64,000 nt of DNA from Octopus sinensis (Eukaryota), in NCBI RefSeq assembly GCF_006345805.1, contig NC_043019.1:26473360-26537359 (forward strand), written 5' to 3'. How positions within the stretch are numbered: the first letter of the stretch is position 1; the number at the start of each line of letters is the position of its first letter. Below the pieces are notes generated by a model. It was not told the origin of the DNA, searched no databases, and saw nothing but the letters and a program-made list of their open reading frames with translations. Positions 55,401 through 64,000 of the stretch are shown one piece after another. Both the position numbers and the translations under genes were made by a program.

Positions 55401-58400
55401 CATGAACGGACAATAACAGTTGGGTGTTGCTGTTGTTGTTTAACCCCTGGTCAGTCCTGATCCAGCAAGTTTAGAATCAAAACCATTCCAGCTATAACTA
55501 TCCTGTCTATTTTTCAGACATAGTGTATCTAAGATTACATGTAGGCATGGGTTGGATGGCATGACCAGTGGTGGTAAGCTGGGGGCAGGTTTGAGCACTG
55601 TGCCAGACTCCAGTCTGATTTGCCATAGTTTCTACAGCTGTATGCCCTTCCTAATGCCAACCACTTCATAGAGTTCCTGGGTGCTTTTCCATGGCACTGC
55701 ATGGGTGCCTCTATGTGTCATGGCACAGTTGCTTTTGCATGACGCCCCATGGGTGCTTTTGTTCGCCCCTTGTGGGTAATAAAAAATCTGCCACACGGTT
55801 GCTTTTCTGTGGCACCACTACGAGTGCTTTACACAACCAGCAGGATTTGTCTGCTGTGGGGTACGGGTCTTCTTGAGTACAGCCAAGCACCAGGTATCTT
55901 GGACCTTTGTCCTCTCTCCTGAAATCCCATCATGCAGTCTTAAATAATGTAATTTTAGATACACTATGACCCAGGGTGGCATGGTTATAGCAGCAATTCC
56001 TTCTATCATAGACATGTTCAATCACGATTAGCTGATTTAAACAACAAGCCTTTACAAGGTTCCTCATCTTGCTAGAAAGAGCAGCCAAATATTGTCAATA
56101 ATATTTGTATTTAACTGTCTTATGAAAAGAAGCACATGGTGAACAATGTAGTCCTAGGTATACAAAAAAAGACAGGATGGTCACAACTAGAACACCTGGA
56201 GCTAACCAACAAGAACAACATACAATCATCATATTCATAAATTCTTTAATATTCAATACATAAGGGGAAGTGGCCTGGTGGTTAGGGTGTTGCACTCACA
56301 ATCATAAGAACATAGTTTCAATTCCCAGACGAGTAGTTCATTGAGTTCTTGAGCAAAACTCTTCATTTCACATTGTTCCAGTTCACTCAGCTGTAAATGA
56401 GTGAACCCAGCAATGGATTGGCTTCCTATCCAGGGGGAATGTATAAGAACAACAGAGAGTCTGGTTGGTACATTAATATTCAATACAGAAAATTCCCTGA
56501 GCATCAAAGGTAAAAACAACGTGGAAGGAGAGAGAGAGAGCAAGAGAGAGAGAGAACAAGAACTTACCTCATATGAAACAATTTTCAAAGGTAGATCATA
56601 CTGTTGTTGGTTCCGCTTCACTGTCTACAAGGAATAAAAAATAAAATTTTGATTTAATCAAGAATCAATGAAGAGAATTCAGTTTTAAAATGAGTTCAAT
56701 ACCACTTAGGTAAGTATCTTCTTCTACAACCCCAGGTTGACTAAAGTCTTGTCAGTGGATTTGGTAGGCACAAGTTGAAAGAGCAGCCAACCATGTGTGC
56801 ATGAGTGTGTCTGTATCTCCTTGACTCGGCATTGCAGGTTAGTTGTAAGTGATTGTCATGAGTCATACAAGCTTTGTCACTTATTTCCGATATTCTGCAA
56901 GGTGGAAAGAACCCGTGGAAGAGGCAGACCCAGGAAGACAAGGGACAAGGTGGTGAAGCATAATTTTTGGATGTTGGGTTTCACAGAGGTAATGACAAAA
57001 GATTGAGACCTTTGGTAGTTTGCTGTGCTTCAGAAGATTCGTCAGGCCAAGTGAAAGCATAGTAGTAGATAGTGCCAGTGACACGTAAAAGGCATCCACT
57101 ACACTCTTGAAGTGGTTGGCATGAGGAAGGGCATCCAGCCAAAATAAGACTGGGGCCTTGTGCAACTCTCTGGCTTACCAGTCGTAGTCGAGCCATCAGG
57201 ATGATGATGATAATGATGATGGACATGTCTGGTCATGGAAAAGTTAGGATTGGTGAGAGGAAAGGTATCCGGCCATAGAAAATCTGCCTCCATTAACTCC
57301 ATTCTGACCCATGGGTGGGACAGTTTGACAAAAGCTGGCCGGGCAGAAGCCTGCACCAGACTTCTGTGGCTGTTTTGGCAGGATTTTTACAGCTGGATGC
57401 CCTTCCTAACACTAACCAATCAGCAAAATGGACTTTGTGCTTTTTATGTGGCTTACGTACAGGTGAGGTCAGTTTTGGCAAGGTTTTTACAGCCGGATGC
57501 CCTTCCTAACACCAACCACTCAGCAGAGTGGACTTTGTGCGTTTTACATGGCATACGTACAGGTGAGGTCAGTTTTGGCAAGGTTTTTACAGCTGGATGC
57601 CCTTCCAAACACTGAAAAAGTTTTAAAATTCGATAAGGAAATATAAAAATAGAAATGAATAAATTAAATTAGTAACTTACTTCTAACGAGTCATCTCGGT
57701 AACCTGTGATTCCTTCATCAACAGAAAGTAAAATTAAATTAAGACCATAATTATATCTGGAGTTGAGTACCTTCAAGACATGTGCGAGAACTGTTGAGTC
57801 TGTAACGAAGATGAGAAACCATCAGGGGTTATTGGTTAATTCTAAATAAGACAGTGGAAAAAGAGTTTATATAAAAATTATACAAAAGGTTATTGTGTCT
57901 GGAGAGAGACATACTGCTTTAATATCTAACACACTCACCAGTTTAATTTCTACTCTTTTTTTTTGTTTTCCAAAAATTTTTGTTGCTCTTACAACCTTGT
58001 CAAAGGAAAACTTTTGGAAGACACACAAAAAAAAAAAAGAGTGGAAATTGAACCGGTGAGTGTGTTAGATATAAAGACAGCATGACTCTCCCCAGATATA
58101 ACAAAATCTGTTTCAACACACAAATTCACATAAAGAATCTTGCAAACCAGATACAAAAATGAAATATATGAAAGGTGTAATACAGAATGGGTTGCGTAAT
58201 AATTGGAGAAGAACCGCATAAAACTGGTTGAGAGAGAAGCGAATATAAATTGATCCAAACTGTGTCTTTTAATTGAGTCTTCAGTCAACTGGAACTAAAT
58301 GGTAGAATTAGAGTATTGGACAAAATGTGTTGCAGTATTTGTTATGGTTCTATATGTTCTGGGTTCAAATTCCTATTGAAGACAACTTTGTCTTTCATCC

Positions 58401-61040
58401 TTTCAGGGTAATTAAAATAAAGGACCAGTCTGATGTAATCAACTGCCTCCTTCCCCAGCTCCTTCTTCTCAAATCTCAGACATTGTGTTTGTATTAGAAA
58501 CAATTAATTAGCCCTGTGTCAGGTCCGATCAAACAAACTATGATTAAAGCCATTCAAGCCATGCCAATCCCACTTACTAGTATATCTTGTTTACATTGTC
58601 AAAAGTGCCAGTTGGTCTTTAAAACAGTAGGATGTGGTTTGGGGGAGATTTGACTGCTATTTCTAGTAGCTCAAGCAAGCCATTTGTTAATGCTGTTTAG
58701 TCCAGGTTAGTCCTTGATATTTATTTTTATATCGTGTGAAGTTCCAATGTGTCCTTCTTTATTTGAATATGGCGGAATTTGAGGAATATCTGGCTGTTAT
58801 TTCTAGCAGGTCGACGCAATACTTTACGAGGAATACTTTATTTTATCAATTGCAGAAGAAAAGTGAAGTTGACGTCGGTTGATTCGAATAGCGAACGTAA
58901 AGGGAGATAACTTGTAACAGCTCGACATTGCGTCTGACAACGTGAACGATTCCATTCTGGGGTGGATGGGTGCCAAAAACAGTTGGAGGGTAGAGGTAGA
59001 AAGAAAGGAATGATGAAGCAAGTAAACAGAAGGGAAACAGTCAACTGTGGTTTTCAACAGGCAAAACAACAATAGCAAGAACAAGAACTGAGAACAATAA
59101 AATAAATAAAAGTTTTTACCTTTACCACCTGAAGCCCCTATTGCAATGGTTTCTCCCTCAGTAAACAGTTTGGCTGATACAATTGTTTGATGAATCTCCT
59201 CTTCAAACACATAGAAGAAGCATTCTTTGCAAAGACAGCAGCCCTAAAGAACAGAACCATGATGACAATAAGGAATTTTAAAATTAGTGCCATGTTTGTG
59301 AAACTGATGTTGGAAGGAATCAGCTGTACTATTCTTTAGTATTGAAACTGGCCCTACCCGGCCAAAATATTCTGCTTCATCTTCGAACTGGCCCTACCCG
59401 GCCAAAATATTCTGCTTCATCTTCGAACTGGCCCTACCCAGCCAAAATATTCTGCTTCATCTTCGAACTGGCCCTACCCAGCCAAAATATTCTGCTTCAT
59501 CTTCGAACTGGCCCTACCCGGCCAAAATATTCTGCCTCATCTTCGAACTGGCCCTACCCGGCCAAAATATTCTGCTTCATCTTCGAACTGGCCCTACCCG
59601 GCCAAAATATTCTGCTTCATCTTCGAACTGGCCCTACCCAGCCAAAATATTCTGCTTCATCTTCGAACTGGCCCTACCCGGCCAAAATATTCTGCTTCAT
59701 CTTCGAACTGGCCCTACCTGGCCAAAATATTCTGCTTCATCTTCGAACTGGCCCTACCTGGCCAAAATATTCTGCTTCATCTTCGAACTGGCCCTACCCG
59801 GCCAAAATATTCTGCTTCATCTTCGAACTGGCCCTACCTGGCCAAAATATTCTGCCTCATCTTCGAACTGGCCCTACCCGGCCAAAATATTCTGCCTCAT
59901 CTTCGAACTGGCCCTACTCGGCCAAAATATTCTGCTTCATCTTCGAACTGGCCCTATCTGGCTAAAATATTCTGCCTCATCTTTGAACTGGCCCTACCCG
60001 GCCAAAATATTCTGCTTCATCTCCAAATTGGCCCTACCTGGCCAAAATATTCTGCTTCATCTTCGAACTGGCTCTACCCGGCCAAAATATTCTGCCTCAT
60101 CTTCGAACTGGCCCTACCCAGCCAAAATATTCTGCTTCATCTTTGAACTGGCCCTATCTGGCCAAAATATTCTGTTCCATCTCCAAACAGGCCAGATCTG
60201 GCCTCTCACACTTACTCTACAATATTATTCTAAAAATAAACAATAACATCATTGAAACCTCAAAGCTGCAAAGTAATGCACTATTGATTCAAAGCAATGT
60301 GAACAAGGTGTTACATTTGGCAGAAAGGTGCTGACGGCACTTCTTGGAGACAACGGGTAACCATGTGCTCCTGCTCCTCTCAATCATGGTCAGGTCGTCG
60401 GTCTTGCTGGATCATGGAACAGGGTGTGAGGGCACCCATCAGAACTAAAAACAAAATCTGTTCAAACAGGGGCACAGGATTGCTGTCCTTGTCCCTCACC
60501 ACACCAAACTAAGACCCTGTGGGTCAAGCAGAGGAAACTAGATCTCCGAATTAAATGATTGATCTTAGCAGAAGAGGGCAATGTCAGATGGACTGGCTAG
60601 AAAGGTGCAACTCTAAGAACAATGGAGCTAGCAGTATTCTGTTGCAACCCATCTTCTGGACCTTGCATGTCACTCTGGGTAGTGTTGTGGTAGAAGGATT
60701 TAGGATCATAGTGCATGGGGACTCTCTTGGTAAGGAGATCTCAACCCCCAAACAATTTCATGCCATAGGCTGATTTCTTTTTGATCCAACTCTTCCTTCT
60801 TTTTTTTGTTCCAGCATTTGGCAAAGAAATCTGAATGACAAAAAGTTAAATATTTAAGTCTTTTCAATTCTATATTTAAGAGATGAAGAAATATGTACAT
60901 TATTTACATCTGACAGAGATATTTATCCTCATCTTGCTTGTTGTTAACATAATGTTTTGGCTGATATACCCTCCAGCCTTCATCAGGTGTCTTGGGGAAA
61001 TTTCAAATCTGGGTTCTCATTCCTAAGGTATTTTTTGATG

Positions 61041-61076
<36 letters not shown>

Positions 61077-62706
61077 TCACTGCCTGGAATCGAACTAGGA
61101 ATCTTGGGTTAGTAGCCTGCGCTCTTAACCACTATGCCATATGCCCATGGGCTATATTCATATGTGCCACTATGCCATATGCCTCAAGATTTCGAGTTCG
61201 ATTACAGGCAGTGACTTGAATAATAATAATAATGATAATAATAATAATAATATCGAAAAATACCTTAGGAATGAGAACCCAGGTTCAAAATTTTCCCAAG
61301 ACACCTGATGAAGGCTGGAGGGTATATCAGACGAAATGTGTTAACAACAAACAAGATGAGGACAAACATCCGTCAAGTGTAAATAATGTATTTAGGTCTT
61401 TTGTGACCATATTTCTGCTGAAATCCACTGCCTTTGTATCAAGTAATTTTGAAAATAATAAAGAATGTATTGAAATGATTCTGTCATTATTAATCTGATG
61501 TTTGGAAGACAAAATTAACATGGAATTTCAATGGAAAGATTTCATTTATATTATTTTAAAACAGGGAGTTTGTATCATAGAACTAGGGGTGCTCATGGGC
61601 GGATTGGTATCAAAAGGGTTGAACTTTTAGGGATTAGTGAATTGGCAGAGTTGTTGCAGCGTGGAATAAATTGTGTTGCAGTATTAATTCCTAATCTATT
61701 TTCTAATCTATAGGTTCAAATACTGCACATGTGAATTTAGTCTTTCATCCTTCTGGGGTTGATAGGGAGTCTGTCTTCCTATGTGGTTGATTCATCTTGC
61801 TCTTTGTCCCTTTTTTTAGAAGAAATGGTTTGTGTTTTGAGGGAAAGGCTCCACCAGGTTTAAAAATGCTCAACACACACCATATATCACAGTGGTGTTC
61901 CTACAACTCCATCAAAAGTTGGAGGAGCAATGCAAGGCAAGCTTTCAAGGTAAAATGCCTTTAAACTTCCAAAAAACTCTTAAAGACTTGGTGCTTAGTT
62001 GTGGTTTCATGGCACAAACCAAATGAGAGATACATTTTTGTTTGTAATAAGACAGAAATATGAAGATGGTTAGTGGCTTTTAGCTATTCCAGGCCAGTGG
62101 GATTAATGTGGTGGATATTCTAGGTTAGATTATACTTAATATTTAAACCAGCTGCTTCCATAGGAAAGTTCATAGATTTACAAAACCAGCCAACCTCATT
62201 CAAGGTGAGGAAATAAAATAAAGAGATGTGAATTTATAACTATTGTAAGAATTGTCTCGCTTTTGTTTGGTACCTGCAGAAGCAAAATTAATTGGGGAAG
62301 GAATTCCTAAGAACTGAAGTACCAAGAAACAAGGACTGAATGAAGTGAACTAACTGCAACAGAAGAAACGGAGTGACTTTAGAGAAGATGCTGGTCTATC
62401 ACAGACAACAAATAGAGTAGTGGTGGCCCTTATTCTAAATATAGAAGACACTTGCCCAAAGTGACGCGTGGTGACGTTCATGGCTCTCTCTCAATCTCAA
62501 AAGCTAACTTATACATGAAATTACATGGTGCCCATCGACAATGAGAACGGAGTCGTATGTCCAATTTACAGCTGAAGATTACATCATACTTCACAACACT
62601 TGCCACAAACACCCATCAAAACACACAGAATTGTAAGAATTACACTCACCGTCTTCGGTCGTTTTAGAGCGGCTGACTTCCCACAAAGGTTACACTTTCG
62701 TGGCAT
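38256..62706 (-). CDS. CTU1: Cytoplasmic tRNA 2-thiolation protein 1 (CTU1/ATPBD3/Ncs6, TtcA/TtuA PP-loop family), 15 coding exons, 401 aa
   Basis: complement join(62650..62706,59120..59243,57681..57799,56568..56624,55187..55244,53443..53520,51582..51623,48826..48875,47504..47568,45349..45414,43845..43903,42877..42936,41573..41660,40207..40243,38256..38501) = 1206 nt. All introns are GT-AG and in phase. Motifs: N-terminal CxxC...CxxC, PP-loop [71 protein letters not shown]-terminal CxxC...CKAC. The last exon is the least certain. Confidence 0.95.
40207..40243 (-). CDS. CTU1: CTU1 exon 14 ([13 protein letters not shown])
   Basis: poly-T tract plus AG, GTGAGT donor. Confidence 0.92.
41573..41660 (-). 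CDS. CTU1: CTU1 exon 13 ([29 protein letters not shown])
   Basis: AG/GTAAAG flanks, C-terminal zinc-binding motif. Confidence 0.95.
42256..42416. mobile_element. Tc1/pogo-like MITE
   Basis: ~27-bp TIR CTGTATTTTAACATGTATAAGGAACCC / GGGTTCCTTATACACGTTAAAATACGG flanked by TA. Confidence 0.75.
42877..42936 (-). CDS. CTU1: CTU1 exon 12 ([20 protein letters not shown])
   Basis: AG/GTGAGT flanks. Confidence 0.93.
43243..43623. mobile_element. Inverted pair (~113-bp arms) of a Penelope-like tail with a variant hammerhead motif, enclosing a CORE-SINE fragment
   Basis: Arms 43243-43355 and 43509-43623 are nearly identical reverse complements. The + arm continues as a tail to about 43730. Confidence 0.6.
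43845..43903 (-). CDS. CTU1: CTU1 exon 11 ([20 protein letters not shown])
   Basis: AG/GTGAGT flanks. Confidence 0.94.
45349..45414 (-). CDS. CTU1: CTU1 exon 10 ([22 protein letters not shown])
   Basis: AG/GTAAGT flanks. Confidence 0.95.
46423..46776. mobile_element. tRNA-headed SINE with a Penelope-like hammerhead tail, inverted pair (truncated - copy, near-full + copy)
   Basis: Head about 46555-46622 with A-box-like TGATGTAGTGG and B-box-like AGTTCAATTC, (AAT)n linker, tail containing GACAC-CTGATGAA-GGCTG..CAGCT-GAAA. The tail is mirrored at 46423-46553. Confidence 0.7.
46686..46731 (+). ncRNA. Minimal Penelope-type hammerhead motif
   Basis: GACAC CTGATGA A GGCTG-gagggtatat-CAGCT GAA ATAT T GTGTT: stem I 5 bp, stem II 5 bp, palindromic 4-nt stem III. 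Confidence 0.6.
47504..47568 (-). CDS. CTU1: CTU1 exon 9 ([21 protein letters not shown])
   Basis: poly-T tract plus AG, GTAAGC donor. Confidence 0.95.
48826..48875 (-). CDS. CTU1: CTU1 exon 8 ([17 protein letters not shown])
   Basis: AG/GTGAGT flanks. Confidence 0.93.
51291..51503. repeat. Compound (TA)n/(TG)n microsatellite; similar tracts at 17700-17783, 21477-21540, 21661-21800, 31411-31450, 33551-33586, 50745-50817, 52355-52412
   Basis: direct reading. Confidence 0.95.
51582..51623 (-). CDS. CTU1: CTU1 exon 7 ([14 protein letters not shown])
   Basis: AG/GTGAGT flanks. Confidence 0.95.
53443..53520 (-). CDS. CTU1: CTU1 exon 6 ([26 protein letters not shown])
   Basis: AG/GTGAGC flanks. 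Confidence 0.95.
53960..54186. mobile_element. hAT/Charlie-like MITE
   Basis: AGTAGTTCTCAACC ... GGTTGAGAACCACTG termini. Confidence 0.6.
54216..54958 (-). mobile_element. RTE-related non-autonomous retroelement with (GAT)n tail and internal 66-bp repeats; other copies at about 25198-25650, 34660-34958, 38585-38772, 39846-40132, 45905-46113, 47732-48200, 50444-50655
   Basis: GGTTGGCRTTAGGAAGGGCATCCAGCTGTAGAAA motif and (GAT)n 3' end. Confidence 0.7.
54411..54955. repeat. 66-bp minisatellite, about 8 copies
   Basis: CTCAAATGGT at 54411, 54477, 54543, 54609 and onward. Confidence 0.95.
55187..55244 (-). CDS. CTU1: CTU1 exon 5 ([19 protein letters not shown])
   Basis: AG/GTGAGT flanks. Confidence 0.93.
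56568..56624 (-). CDS. CTU1: CTU1 exon 4 ([19 protein letters not shown])
   Basis: AG/GTAAGT flanks. Confidence 0.93.
56897..57020 (+). mobile_element. RTE LINE 3' coding remnant
   Basis: [13 protein letters not shown]...VV...LG..E.MTKD motif. Confidence 0.55.
57681..57799 (-). CDS. CTU1: CTU1 exon 3 ([40 protein letters not shown])
   Basis: AG/GTAAGT flanks. Confidence 0.95.
59120..59243 (-). CDS. CTU1: CTU1 exon 2 ([41 protein letters not shown])
   Basis: AG/GT flanks, contains ASGGK of the PP-loop. Confidence 0.95.
59345..60197. repeat. 40-bp minisatellite, about 21 copies, in CTU1 intron 1
   Basis: GAACTGGCCCTACCCGGCCAAAATATTCTGCTTCATCTTC tandem. Confidence 0.97.
60896..61390. mobile_element. 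Same tRNA-head/hammerhead-tail SINE, inverted pair (full - copy, truncated + copy)
   Basis: - copy 60896-61144, + copy 61185-61390. Confidence 0.7.
62650..62706 (-). CDS. CTU1: CTU1 exon 1 ([19 protein letters not shown])
   Basis: ATG at 62706, donor GTGAGT. Confidence 0.93.
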
Positions 62707-62833
62707 CTTTCTTTCCCAACGTTCTTTCGTTAATTACTCAAAATACAAGACAAATATTGAAATTAATTAGCGACTAAACAACTTTTTTCGTGTTTACCGA
62801 CGACACATGGTTAGTGATCATGAATCGGCGGTT

Positions 62834-62866
62834 CTGATTGGTTACACCTTCTACATTTCAACCAAT
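62834..62866 (-). promoter_or_regulatory. CCAAT boxes upstream of the CTU1 start
   Basis: CCAATCAG on - (62834-62841) and ACCAAT on + (62861-62866), about 130-160 bp upstream of the ATG. Confidence 0.4.
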
Positions 62867-63299
62867 AGCTATAAATTTTATTAAAAGCACTATGCCAGGC
62901 GGTGTCATAAATATAGTATTCCCTTGTTGTAAAATATACCGGGTGAATTAGTTGTTAACGGGAATTGGGACATTATTTGGCATTGAGTAAGGCGGCGAGC
63001 TGGCAGAAACGTTAGCACACCGGGCGAAATGCTTAGCGGTGTTTCGTCTGCCGCTACGTTCTGAGTTCAAATTCCGCCGAGTTCTGAGTTCTAACGTTTC
63101 GTCAGCTCGTCAAGTAGTTTTTATATTTATTTTCACTTTAAATAAGTACAAAAATTATTTTCTATTCTAGGCACAAGGCCCGAAATTTTGGGGAGTGGGC
63201 CCAGTACGTAACTGGTACTTAATTTATCGACCCCGAAAGGCAAAGTCTACCGCGGCGGAATTTGAACTACCGCTAAGCATTTCGCCCGGTGTGCTAACG

Positions 63300-64000
63300 T
63301 TTCTTATTTCTTTACTGCCCACAAGGGGCTACATACAGAGGGGACAAACAAGGACAGACAAACGGATTAAGTCGATTATATCGATTCAAGTGCGTAACTG
63401 GTACTTATTTAATCGACCCAGGCGGAATTTGAACTCAGAACGTAGCGGCAGACGAAATACCTATTTTTTACTACCCACAAGGGGCTAAACACAGATATGA
63501 CAAACAAGGACAGAGAAACGGATTAAGTCGATTATATCGACCCCAGTGCGTAACTGGTACTTATTTTATCGACCCCAAAAGGATGAAAGGCAAAGTCGAC
63601 CTCCGCGGAATTTGAACTCAGAATGCAACAGCAGACGAAATACCTATTTCTTTACTACACACAAGGGGCTAAACACAGAGGGGACAAACAAGGACAGACA
63701 AACGGATTAAGTCGATTATATCGATTCAAGTGCGTAACTGGTACTTATTTAATCGACCCAGGCGGAATTTGAACTCAGAACGTAGCGGCCGACGAAATAC
63801 CTATTTCTTTACTACCCACAAGGAGCTAAACACAGAGAGGACAAACAAGGAGAGACACACGGATTAAGTTGATTATATCGACCCCAGTGTGTAACTGGTA
63901 CTTATTTTATCGACCCCAAAAGGATGAAAGGCAAAGTCGACCTCGGCGGAATTTGAACTCAGAATGCAACAGCAGACGAAATACCTATTTCTTTACTACA
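63300..64000 (-). repeat. Tandem array of SINE-derived units, alternating ~157 and ~183 bp; runs off the window
   Basis: TATTT(C)TTTACT at 63305, 63462, 63645, 63802, 63986. Confidence 0.9.

Noticed and set aside
59342-60246. 207-aa and 87-aa repeat ORFs
   Set aside because: Translation of the 40-bp minisatellite.

Overview
Eukaryotic, AT-rich, repeat-dense genomic DNA, most likely an octopus (inferred from the SINE families and microsatellite style). I reconstructed two convergent spliced genes by hand, both with GT-AG junctions and consistent phases. TMEM50 is on + (6 coding exons, 20265-35206, 159 aa). CTU1, the cytosolic tRNA 2-thiolase, is on - (15 coding exons, 62706-38256, 401 aa). 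The rest is an ~11.9 kb satellite of 117/124-bp units (2557-14460), SINEs, LINE fragments, MITEs and minisatellites. Nearly all ORFs in the supplied track are repeat artefacts. The main discovery candidate is a ~490-nt tandem-repeat family in two TMEM50 introns. Each unit carries a complete type I hammerhead ribozyme fold, and differences between the two arrays are compensatory or G-U-preserving. Both arrays share a 3' end at (TA)n and have a 5' inverted segment, as expected for a retrozyme-like, circular-RNA-templated element. A second candidate is a tRNA-headed SINE with a minimal Penelope-type hammerhead in its tail, present twice as inverted pairs. No ribozyme activity, expression or family novelty can be verified from the sequence alone.
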